From the NCBI GenBank assembly GCA_963708295.1, contig CAVPSJ010000004.1:544001-608000 (forward strand): a stretch of 64,000 nucleotides of DNA, in the 5' to 3' direction. How positions within the stretch are numbered: position 1 is the stretch's first letter; each line of letters opens with the position of its first letter. Positions 19,372-27,915 of the stretch are shown piece after piece. The notes beneath the pieces are model-generated. The model worked only from the letters and a program-made list of their open reading frames with translations, did not search any database and was not told where the DNA came from. Source of the stretch: an uncultured delta proteobacterium (GTDB taxonomy: Bacteria; Desulfobacterota; BSN033; UBA1163). The position numbers were made by a program, and so were the translations under genes.

Positions 19372-21396
19372 TTAACCGCAACCCTGTTTCTCTCCTATTC
19401 TCACATCCACCGTATTGTCATAGAACGTACTGCCTCCGCCCTGGTCTGTCAAACGCTGGGAAGTCAACGCATTGACAGAGCGAAGACCGCGACAGTGTTC
19501 CAGCCACCAGATTCCTTCTGCCACCACGACCCCGGAGGGAACCCGGGGAGTGACATGGAGGGTGAACGCGACCTCCCCGAGTTGATTGAAGGCGATGACA
19601 GAATCGCCTTCAATGATGCCTTTTGCCTTTGCATCAGCCGGATTCATTTGAAGGAACATGGCTTTCTCTGTTTTGCGGAGGTCTTCTCTTTCCCTGAAAG
19701 AGGAGTTTAGGCAGTATAAACTCGGTGCCGTCATCAACCGAAAGGGGTAATCTCCTTCGTAGGGAGGGAGATGACAGGGCAGCGGATGAGATTCTCTTGG
19801 GTTCAGAATTTCAATCTTTCCAGAAGGGGTTCTAAAATGGGTTCGCCCATCGGGTGGAAGTGGAATTTCCACCGCCTTCCCCGCGGAGAAGGCTTTTTGA
19901 TCAATTCCTTCCCGCATGGGGCTCGGAAGGGTAAGAAGATGATCAATCAGATCATCAGCCGTTTGACGAAAAAAGGGCTCATGGAATCCCATCCCCTGTG
20001 CCAAAAGAGAAGAAACGTCCCAGTTCGACCTACTTTCTCCAACCGGAGGGATGACCGCTTTCGCGCGTTGAATGCAGTAGGTGCCATAGGAACGGTAAAC
20101 ATCGCTGTGTTCGAGAGAGGATGTGGAGGGCAGCACGATGTCTGCGTAGCGAGCCGTGTCGGTCATGAATCTTTCGTGAACAACGGTGAAGAGGTTTTCT
20201 CGTTGTAGCCCTCTTAGAACTTGGTTCTGGTCGGGAGTAGCTGCCGCCGGGTTAGAATGATAGACATAGAGGCTTTGGATGGGAGGATCCTTCAGCTCAT
20301 TCAGGGCCCATCCCAGGCGATTCATGTTAAGGGTGCGGGTCTTTTTCGCCATAAAATCTTCCCGCAGGACTTCTTTCATGGCAAAGGCACCGGCCGTGCT
20401 TGTACCGGCAAGACAGCCGCCCCCCTTCTTTCCATAGGCCCCGACGAATGCGGCCAAACAAGCGATGGTACGTATGGTCATCGCTCCGTTGCCGTATCGA
20501 GAAAGTCCGCTCCCAAGTCTGATGAAAGGATTCTTCGCTCTCCCGTAAGCATGAGCCATCGTCTTAATACTCTCTACGGGAAGACCTGCGAGGAGGCTGA
20601 CTTTTTCGGGAGAGAAGTCTGGAAGAATCTGTTCTTTCAATTCCTCAAAACCCTGAACGTGAGATGCTAAGAAATGATGGTCAATGAGGTCGTCCCTGAC
20701 AAGAAGGTGCATCAAACCCAGGGCAAGGCAACCATCGCTCCCTGGGCGAACGACGTAAGTTTGATGAGCCACAGACGACGTCACCGTCTGGTAAGTGTCA
20801 ACAAGCCAAACCATTGCGCCCTTCTCTTTAGCTCTATTGACCCCATGGAGAAAATGGAAATTGGTCGCCACTGCATTAATTCCCCAAAGAATGACCAGAT
20901 CGCTCTCGGCCACTTCATCAGGATGGGGAGCGGGCGTTTCTCCCATTACCGCTTTCCACCCCGCTTCTTTCGCAGGAGAGCAGATCGTTCGGTCGAGGCG
21001 AGAAGCCCCCAGTCGATGGAAAAAAGGGTGTCCCGCAGTCCGCTGAATGAGTCCCATCGTTCCGGCATAGGAGTACGGAAGAATCGCTTCGGGTCCATAC
21101 GGATCGATGATCTTTTGCCAGCCCTCTGTAATCCGGCGGATGGCTTCTTCCCAGGAGATTGAGCGAAACTCTCCAGAGCCTTTGGCTCCTGTTCGTAACA
21201 GGGGATGCGTCAGACGAAGCGGTGAATGAACGGTTTCTTGATAGTGATTCATCTTAACGCAAAGGGTTCCTCTCGTAAAAGGATGTTCCGGGTCACCCGA
21301 AACTTTGACTGCTCGTCCGTCAACGACTTCCACCAGTAGTCCGCAGGTGTCCGGGCAATCATACGGGCAAACGGACCGTTTCATCTCTTTCGGCAT
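19372..21396 (-). CDS. Molybdopterin oxidoreductase family protein (YoaE/YyaE-like)
   Basis: CPYDCPDTC 4Fe-4S, TRGTLC, YSYAGTMG, DRTICS, TDTARYADIVLP, FRTPSGKIEI. Confidence 0.9.
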   Translation of the reverse strand: MPKEMKRSVCPYDCPDTCGLLVEVVDGRAVKVSGDPEHPFTRGTLCVKMNHYQETVHSPLRLTHPLLRTGAKGSGEFRSISWEEAIRRITEGWQKIIDPYGPEAILPYSYAGTMGLIQRTAGHPFFHRLGASRLDRTICSPAKEAGWKAVMGETPAPHPDEVAESDLVILWGINAVATNFHFLHGVNRAKEKGAMVWLVDTYQTVTSSVAHQTYVVRPGSDGCLALGLMHLLVRDDLIDHHFLASHVQGFEELKEQILPDFSPEKVSLLAGLPVESIKTMAHAYGRAKNPFIRLGSGLSRYGNGAMTIRTIACLAAFVGAYGKKGGGCLAGTSTAGAFAMKEVLREDFMAKKTRTLNMNRLGWALNELKDPPIQSLYVYHSNPAAATPDQNQVLRGLQRENLFTVVHERFMTDTARYADIVLPSTSSLEHSDVYRSYGTYCIQRAKAVIPPVGESRSNWDVSSLLAQGMGFHEPFFRQTADDLIDHLLTLPSPMREGIDQKAFSAGKAVEIPLPPDGRTHFRTPSGKIEILNPRESHPLPCHLPPYEGDYPFRLMTAPSLYCLNSSFREREDLRKTEKAMFLQMNPADAKAKGIIEGDSVIAFNQLGEVAFTLHVTPRVPSGVVVAEGIWWLEHCRGLRSVNALTSQRLTDQGGGSTFYDNTVDVRIGEKQGCG

Positions 21397-21554
21397 GAAA
21401 AATCTCCTTGATCACCTTTTGTTTCCCACTCTTCAAATATATAAGACACTTATGTTTACTTCAACTGCCTGGTTGAAAATGGCACTCTTCATCCTTCTCA
21501 TTTTTCTCGACCGCAACATATAAATTTTGAGTATTCCTATAGGCAGTATGGTCA

Positions 21555-22202
21555 ATCGGGTAGGAGGCGGGGTTGCCCCCGCCGTCCTCCCACACCACCT
21601 GGCATACGGTTCCGTACCAAGGCGGTTCCTGCCAAGCCACTCTGTTTCTACCTTATCGCCTGTCTTCCTATAAGCGCCCAGCCTTACCTCGCGGATTCCG
21701 TCCGCTACTTCCAGCTTTAAGGCCCTCTTACGAGGCATCTGCTAAAGAAGATCAGAAACTTGGCTCATGCCTGGCTGACAGGTTTGGCCCTTTGTCGAGC
21801 GGTTTACCCGACTCTTACGGCCTCTGCTGACTTCTACCAACCCATCCCATCACTTTGCAATGACGGTAGCACATGGCAGGTGGGCAGATCTCCCAGGGTA
21901 ATGCGTGCAACCTTCATCCCATATACCCGCCGCATCTACTTCTACATCTTCCGGGTGATTATTGGGCTTTGGATCTTGTTGCCTCCTCGCCCAGATGTAG
22001 CTGCCTCTATGCGGTTCCTGTTCGTCGGGCCGGGACTTTGCCTACAGCTTCCTTCGGATTCCACCTCACGGTGGACACCCTTGCTGTTCGGCTAACAGTT
22101 CCCATCACCAGGGTCTGTAGAGGACTTTCACCTCCAAATCACTCGGTTAAACACCACATCTAACCAAGCTGGTATATGCACTGCACGCCATGCCTGGCAC
22201 AC
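21555..22202 (-). mobile_element. Group II intron, class IIC, ORF-less (648 nt)
   Basis: Minus strand starts GTGTGCCAGGCATGG and ends with DV/DVI GAACCGCCTTGGTACGGAACCGTATGCCAGGTGGTGTGGGAGGACGGCGGGGGCAACCCCGCCTCCTACCCGAT; CGC triad; inserted after a stem-loop and T-tract. Confidence 0.92.
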
Positions 22203-22205
22203 AAC

Positions 22206-22243
22206 AAAAAAAAGGTACATGCTGTTTCAGCGTGTGCCTTTTT
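22206..22243. terminator. Rho-independent terminator-like hairpin forming the intron target site
   Basis: aaaaaaaaggtacatgctg-ttt-cagcgtgtgccttttt. Confidence 0.7.
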
Positions 22244-22385
22244 ACGGGAAACGGGAATGACTCCCGGTTATTCCTTCTCAGTGGAAGAATTCCCTTCTTT
22301 TGATCGGAGAAACCGGTTATAATAGGGCTTTAACGACTTGAGCGATGGAAAGCAGCAAAAAACGAATTCATGGGAATGTGGTGCG

Positions 22386-23843
22386 ATGACAGAGAAAGAG
22401 ATGAATGAAGAGGTCAGCTTTGAGGAGCTCTTGAAGGCGAGTACCGAGACTGGCGGTCGCAAGCTTTTCCCGGGAGAAAAAGTTTCCGGAAAGGTGGCGA
22501 AGGTCAGCAAGGATACGATCTTTGTTGACTTAGGGGGGAAGAGCGAGGGCATTGCGGATATTCAGGAATTCCTGGATAAGGACGGCCAACTTACCGTCGC
22601 GCAAGGGGACTGGGTCGAGATGAGGGTGGCGTCGATCCGCGACGGAATTCATCTCACAAAGGGGATGAAAGTTCAGGGTGCGGATGCCCTCGACATGCTC
22701 CGGGAGGCCAAGGAAAATGTTATTCCTGTCGAGGGAAGGGTTTCAGGAGTCGTAAAGGGAGGCTTTGAGGTTAACCTTTCCGGTATTCGCGCATTTTGTC
22801 CTATAAGCCAGATCGACCTTGCCTTTTGTGAAAAACCTGAGGAGCATGTGGGAGGGAGATATCCGTTTCGCATCATGGAGATTAAGGAAAGAGGGAAGAA
22901 CATTATTGTCTCCAGACGTGTGCTGATGGAGGAAGAACGGGAGAAAAGATCCAAAGAAACCCTCGCGAGGCTCAAACCTGACCTGGAGTGTGAAGGGAAA
23001 GTGACGAAACTGACCGACTTTGGCGCCTTCATCGATATCGGAGGAATCGAGGGGATGGTCCATATCTCTGAGATATCCCACGGAAGGATCGGCCATCCAT
23101 CAGAGATTCTCAAACCCGGCCAGCAGGTAAAAGTTAAGGTGAAGAAGATCGAATCGGATAAGGAGGGCCGGCCCAAGATCTCTCTGTCCGTCAAAGCCCT
23201 GGAGCCGGATGCATGGGATAGAGGCCTTGGATTCGAAGAAGGGGAGATCATCCATGGAAAGGTCACCAGGCTCGCGGATTTCGGCGCCTTTGTGGAAGTG
23301 GCGCCCGGCGTGGATGGCCTGGTTCACATCTCTGAGATCAGCTACGAACGCGTTTCTCACCCAAGTAAACTTCTCAAAGAAGGAGAGGACGTGGATGTGC
23401 TTGTCATGGGAATAGACCGGGAAGCGCACCGCATCTCCTTGTCGATCAAGGAAGTGGCGATTAAGAAGAAGATGGAAATGGAGGAGGGATCGGAGAAGGT
23501 TCGCCTCGAAGTGGGACAGATTCTGAGGGGAATTGTGGAAGATGGCAAGCCATACGGTCTTTTTGTTCGACTTCCACAGTTCGGACCCAGGGTGAGAGGC
23601 TTGCTTCCTATCGAAGAGCTGAGAGTCTCTGAGAGGGGAGATGTTAAAAAGAGGTTTCCCAAAGGCCAGGAGATTCGGGTGGAGATCATCGCCATAGACG
23701 AAAAAGGAAGGATCCGGCTGTCACAAAGGGTGATGGAGGAAAGAGAAGATCGGAAAGATTACGAAAAATTTGTTGAGAAGGAAGAGGAGGGGGGAAAACT
23801 CGGCACCTTGGGAGAAATTTTCAAGGATCTTAAGATTAAATGA
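22386..23843 (+). CDS. rpsA: 30S ribosomal protein S1-like multi-S1-domain protein
   Basis: SFEELL, FVDLGGKSEG, repeated DFGAFxxx..GLVHISEIS S1 units; may be a paralogue rather than the main rpsA. Confidence 0.75.
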   Translation: MTEKEMNEEVSFEELLKASTETGGRKLFPGEKVSGKVAKVSKDTIFVDLGGKSEGIADIQEFLDKDGQLTVAQGDWVEMRVASIRDGIHLTKGMKVQGADALDMLREAKENVIPVEGRVSGVVKGGFEVNLSGIRAFCPISQIDLAFCEKPEEHVGGRYPFRIMEIKERGKNIIVSRRVLMEEEREKRSKETLARLKPDLECEGKVTKLTDFGAFIDIGGIEGMVHISEISHGRIGHPSEILKPGQQVKVKVKKIESDKEGRPKISLSVKALEPDAWDRGLGFEEGEIIHGKVTRLADFGAFVEVAPGVDGLVHISEISYERVSHPSKLLKEGEDVDVLVMGIDREAHRISLSIKEVAIKKKMEMEEGSEKVRLEVGQILRGIVEDGKPYGLFVRLPQFGPRVRGLLPIEELRVSERGDVKKRFPKGQEIRVEIIAIDEKGRIRLSQRVMEEREDRKDYEKFVEKEEEGGKLGTLGEIFKDLKIK

Positions 23844-23865
23844 AAATCATGACATTCTCACCGGT

Positions 23866-24759
23866 TCAAGTTACAGGATTTCTTACGGATCGAAGATAAT
23901 GTTTAAGGCAATGCTGGAAATTATCCACGACATCCTTTTTGCTGTTGACGATAAAGATTTGATTTCGGACATGGAATACTTCTTCGAACAACCTTTCCAC
24001 CGGATAGAGGGTTTTTGAGTTCCTTCCATATCTTTTCTCCAACTCCTGCTCAAACATCACGACGAGTTTGTCCTTCATTCTCAACTGCGTATCATTGAAG
24101 AGGAGCGCCACTTCCGGCAGGAGATCGTTCATTCTGGAAAAAAAAGAAGAAATCTCGTTCTGTTCAACTCCTTTGGGAGGGGAGGATTTAACCTCCACAT
24201 AGACGAGCCTCTGGTTCCAGGAGGCAATGACGTCATAGTCGCCACCTGAAGGAGTTTTCTTCACCCGGACTCCATAAATCGCCGCAGAGGAAAACTCCCT
24301 CTTAAACACCTCGGCAATGAACCATTCCAACGTGGGTCCAAAGCTGTAAAGGGGGGAGACGCAGGTTCGATACTTCCCTCTCCCACTTTTTATTATCGCC
24401 CCTATTTCCTGCAGAAGGTGGCAATATCCTTGAACCACCTTCGAAGAGCAGTAATGGGTCAGATCCCTGACTCGGAACCCCTCCTGGAATTTGATCATAT
24501 CTCTCAGAACGAGACGAAAAGAGTATTTCTTCATCATCTCGTAAAGTCGATTTTTATAAAAAGGAGAAAGATCTGCAGGAAAAAACAGACGGGAAGTGGG
24601 ATTCTTGTGGAATACCTTGATTCCCCTCGCTCTGAGCATCTTCTCCACGGGCGAGGGATCTTCTGCGGAAGCAACCTGGATGGATTCAATCTCTTTGGTG
24701 AGGGATCGGACTTTCCTTTTTAAGGATTGGATCTCCCGCAGAGCTTCCTTTAATTTCAT
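23866..24759 (-). CDS. Hypothetical protein with PD-(D/E)xK nuclease-like domain
   Basis: TLEWF..GGDYDVIA..YVEVKS motif; N-terminal coiled coil. Confidence 0.6.
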   Translation of the reverse strand: MKLKEALREIQSLKRKVRSLTKEIESIQVASAEDPSPVEKMLRARGIKVFHKNPTSRLFFPADLSPFYKNRLYEMMKKYSFRLVLRDMIKFQEGFRVRDLTHYCSSKVVQGYCHLLQEIGAIIKSGRGKYRTCVSPLYSFGPTLEWFIAEVFKREFSSAAIYGVRVKKTPSGGDYDVIASWNQRLVYVEVKSSPPKGVEQNEISSFFSRMNDLLPEVALLFNDTQLRMKDKLVVMFEQELEKRYGRNSKTLYPVERLFEEVFHVRNQIFIVNSKKDVVDNFQHCLKHYLRSVRNPVT

Positions 24760-25151
24760 TTTGAGTCCTCACTGCCCAAATTGTGCCCGCTTTAAATTTC
24801 ATTGAATTTCTAATGGTTACAGGCGGTTCCCACCTATTAATAATCTCTTACAAAAGTTGGTGTTGGTTGTCAACAATCGGCAAGAATTTTTTTGACATGG
24901 GCACAGTTACAGGCACAGTCATTCCATCAGAAAATAAGAATGAAACGCTGTCAAAGGCATGCTCCTTTATTCTTCCTCCTCTCAATTCCCTTCCGCCACG
25001 GCAAGAGATCTGCGGGTTCGTCTCTTCCTATGTCCATTTTCGGGAGGTCCTTTTTCCTTGACACAGAGCACCCTCAATTTGTAATAGTCTTACAAAGCAA
25101 TTTCTGCTACAATTGACATAATCCGTTAGCCTAATAATTTGGTGGTGACCG

Positions 25152-25475
25152 ATGAAAGAACCTCAGAAAAAACAAGAGATCATGCAATTATTGGAGAAAC
25201 AATTGCCTTACTTACATGAAAAATATGGCGTACAACGAATCGCCGTGTACGGCTCGTTTGCGAAAGGCAATCAGACAAAAAGAAGTGATGTCGATATCCT
25301 TGTTCAATTGGCGAGACCGTTGGGGTTGGAGTTTGTTGAACTGGCTTACCATCTTGAGAAGATATTGAAGAAGAAAGTGGATCTGGCTACCTTTGATACG
25401 CTAAAGAGAAGTCTGGAGAGCCCTCGCTACAAACACATTGCTTCTGACATTGAAAGGACACTGAGCTATGTCTAA
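25152..25475 (+). CDS. Minimal nucleotidyltransferase (MNT) antitoxin-type protein
   Basis: YGSFAKG..SDVDILV..KKVDL. Confidence 0.85.
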   Translation: MKEPQKKQEIMQLLEKQLPYLHEKYGVQRIAVYGSFAKGNQTKRSDVDILVQLARPLGLEFVELAYHLEKILKKKVDLATFDTLKRSLESPRYKHIASDIERTLSYV

Positions 25476-25503
25476 GCGGAGAGACTCCGACTACCTCAGT
25501 TAA
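25468..25503 (+). pseudogene. Truncated HEPN/DUF86 partner start
   Basis: Overlapping start MSKRRDSDYLS*, resembling DUF86 N-termini that follow MNT genes. Confidence 0.45.
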
Positions 25504-25511
25504 CCTTCCTT

Positions 25512-25564
25512 TGGTGCCGGAAGTCGGAATCGAACCGACATGGGGTGGAAGCCACGCGGGATTT
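25512..25564 (-). pseudogene. 3' half of a long-variable-arm tRNA (Leu-like); anticodon and 5' half absent
   Basis: Minus strand AAATCCCGCGTGGCTTCCACCCCATGTCGGTTCGATTCCGACTTCCGGCACCA: variable arm, T-arm, ACCA end. Confidence 0.75.
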
Positions 25565-26468
25565 AGAACCCCCGATAGAGCTGATACCGCTTCGCCCATT
25601 GGATCGCTTCCAGATATTCTTTCCGGGTGATACGGCGATTGATCTCAGGGCACTCATGGGCTCGATACTCCGGCCGATATTGGTCCATGATGTTGACATA
25701 AGAATGGACTGAAATCTCCTCAGCGATGAACCGGAGGACGGCTTCCGACGAAGCCACCCCATGAGGCATCACCAGGTGTCTGATCAGGAGTCCCCTCTCG
25801 GCAATCCCCTTGGAATCAACGGTCAAGTCTCCCACCTGGCGGTGCATCTCTTTAAGAATCTCTTTGAGTACCCCGGGATAGTCTGGAGCATTTGAGAATT
25901 GTTCTGAACGGTTGCTATCCAGATATTTTGCATCGGGCATGTAAATATCGACTACCCCTTCCAGGAGTCGAACCACCTCGAGGGACTCATATCCAGAGCA
26001 GTTATAGACAATAGGAAGCCGAAGACCCATCTCTATAGCTTCGGGCAGAGAGGCAACGATCTGGGGGGTGTAGTGGGTAGGAGTGACGAAGTTGATGTTG
26101 TGGCAACCCATTTCCTGGAGCCTGACCATGACCCGTGCCATATCTGAGGAGGTCATGGGCTCACCATTTCCAAGATGACTGTTGTCATAATTTTGGCAGA
26201 AAATACACCGAAGGTTGCAGTGGGTGAGGAAAATGGTTCCTGAACCGTGATATCCAACCAGGGGAGGTTCCTCCCCAAAATGGGGAAAGGCGCTCGAGAC
26301 CTTGAGCTCTAACCCAGCCTGGCAAATCCCCACCTCTCCCTTTAGACGATTGACCCCGCATTCCCTTGGACAAAGCCGGCACTCCTTCAGTAATTCTTTC
26401 AGGAGTCGGCCTCTTTGCTGGAGTTCTCCGTTCTCAAAAAGATGGATGTAAGAGGGGATGAAAGTCAC
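25563..26468 (-). CDS. Radical SAM protein, PflX-like
   Basis: CRLCPREC, HFGEEPPL.G..GSGTIF, CNLRCIFCQN, GLLIRHLVMP. Confidence 0.9.
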   Translation of the reverse strand: MTFIPSYIHLFENGELQQRGRLLKELLKECRLCPRECGVNRLKGEVGICQAGLELKVSSAFPHFGEEPPLVGYHGSGTIFLTHCNLRCIFCQNYDNSHLGNGEPMTSSDMARVMVRLQEMGCHNINFVTPTHYTPQIVASLPEAIEMGLRLPIVYNCSGYESLEVVRLLEGVVDIYMPDAKYLDSNRSEQFSNAPDYPGVLKEILKEMHRQVGDLTVDSKGIAERGLLIRHLVMPHGVASSEAVLRFIAEEISVHSYVNIMDQYRPEYRAHECPEINRRITRKEYLEAIQWAKRYQLYRGF

Positions 26469-26610
26469 CTCATTGCCGCTGGATGAGAGATTTTCGCGCT
26501 TTAATTATAAATTATCACAAAACATCAAGGAATTCTATTAGAGGGGGAATCAGAGAAAAGAAGCTTTCTCTGTTGCAAGCGGGTACGATCAAATTTTCCA
26601 AAAATTCAGA

Positions 26611-27315
26611 CTAAATGTTCTTGTAGACGGTAACGAATCTACGATAGTAGTCATTGGGAATTCTCTCTTTTCTCTCAATGAGGCCTTTGACATATGTAGG
26701 GCCGTAGTTATAAGCAGTCAGGGCGGTCCCAACGTCCTTGAAGTCATGCATGAGCTGAGAAAGGTAATAAATTCCAATTCTTATGTTGAGGTACGGATTA
26801 AATAGGGTTCGATCTCCGCTCCACTCAATACCCAGATCACGGGCGAGTGATTTGGCCACATAGGGCATGATCTGCATTAAACCTTTGGCACCCTTCTGAG
26901 AGACGGCCCAGTTGTAGAACTCGCTTTCAGTGAAGATAAGGGCCAGGATGAATTTTGGGTCATGGTTGTAACGGGTAGCCTCCTCGTAGATAACCTCGGC
27001 AAGCTCCTCTTTCGTCACATTGGCCAGGCCTGTCGGTTGCCTCTCCAATACCTCAAGAATCTCCCTTATTGTCTGCTCTCTTTGCGAGTGATCAGGAACA
27101 AAATTGGGGGAATGGAAGGAAATAATAAAGGCGACGGTAAAGAGAACTGATTTTGGGAAAATACATGAAATGGAAAGACTTTTCTTTTTACAAGTAATGG
27201 CTTCGGGAATGGTTTCAATCCTTGCCCACCCCGGTGCCTTCAGACGGCCGTCTCTTCGGCCTGAAATAGCGTGGGGAGGATGTTCTGTACGTAATGGGAC
27301 TTCAAGAAACTCCAT
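26611..27315 (-). CDS. Lytic transglycosylase (SLT domain)
   Basis: LIFTESEF, AVS.KGAKGLMQIMP, ALTAYNYG. Confidence 0.9.
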   Translation of the reverse strand: MEFLEVPLRTEHPPHAISGRRDGRLKAPGWARIETIPEAITCKKKSLSISCIFPKSVLFTVAFIISFHSPNFVPDHSQREQTIREILEVLERQPTGLANVTKEELAEVIYEEATRYNHDPKFILALIFTESEFYNWAVSQKGAKGLMQIMPYVAKSLARDLGIEWSGDRTLFNPYLNIRIGIYYLSQLMHDFKDVGTALTAYNYGPTYVKGLIERKERIPNDYYRRFVTVYKNI

Positions 27316-27345
27316 TTACAAGCCTCCTTGTAATTTAATTTCACA

Positions 27346-27375
27346 ATGGTAACATACCGCAAGCGGTCTTGTCAA
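27346..27375 (-). promoter_or_regulatory. Sigma70-type promoter for the SLT gene
   Basis: Minus strand TTGACA-N18-TACCAT, about 30 bp upstream of the start. Confidence 0.55.
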
Positions 27376-27440
27376 GTTCCAAATCCTCCCGTAGCCGTTC
27401 ACGCCACAATATGTAGTAGATGAGGAGAATATAAATCTTA

Positions 27441-27614
27441 CAGACAGTGGGTCGATTCAAATAGGTCCAGGATTCAGGCTGCACTAGTCATCCTCCGCCT
27501 CTGTAAAGAAAGGATCAGCTCCCGAAAGAAAGATACGCGGATTTTCTTGAGAGTTGATCGACTGAAGCTGGAACCTATGTTCCGAGACGGTACTCCATGG
27601 GCAAAACTTGTCTG
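27441..27614. ncRNA. Candidate structured RNA (long interrupted hairpin), unassigned
   Basis: Nested complementary blocks cagacag/cttgtctg, ataggtccaggattcag/ctgaagctggaacctat, gatcagctc/gagttgatc. Confidence 0.35.
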
Positions 27615-27621
27615 TTTTTAG

Positions 27622-27882
27622 TCACTTGACTCGCTTTAGACCAGTATGGATCTTCGGTGGTTTTCCTCCTTTCTCCCCCTTCTTCTTCAGCACATTCTCG
27701 TTGAAGAGGCTGTTCTTTACGCTAACGGCGTTGATGATGCAGTAGATAATCACTGACTTTTCCCAGTCCTTTGTTCCATCAAAATGCTCTATCTTCAAAC
27801 GATACTTCTCTCTCAGATGGGATAGGGACGCCTCATCAAAGGAAAGAACCTGTTCAGCTAGCTTCTCAAGAGCTTTTTCCAT
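27622..27882 (-). CDS. Small hypothetical protein downstream of priA
   Basis: MEKALEKLAEQVLSFDEASL..WEKSVII..INAV; AAGGAG RBS. Confidence 0.8.
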   Translation of the reverse strand: MEKALEKLAEQVLSFDEASLSHLREKYRLKIEHFDGTKDWEKSVIIYCIINAVSVKNSLFNENVLKKKGEKGGKPPKIHTGLKRVK

Positions 27883-27915
27883 ATTGACTCCTTTAATCAA
27901 GGAAAGTGCCGTCCA

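Noticed and set aside
21433-22163. ORFs overlapping the group II intron as an intron-encoded protein
   Set aside because: No RT motifs such as YADD; they are incidental frames across structured RNA
25512-25600. Complete tRNA-Leu gene
   Set aside because: No anticodon stem 5' strand, D-arm or acceptor 5' strand; the sequence runs into the radical SAM coding region
27404-27419. NrdR box-like CACAATATGTAGT
   Set aside because: Single copy and not upstream of ribonucleotide reductase genes; too weak to call
27595-27620. c-di-GMP-I riboswitch suggested by GGGCAAAAC
   Set aside because: The following GAAA hairpin and GACGCAAAGC segment are missing
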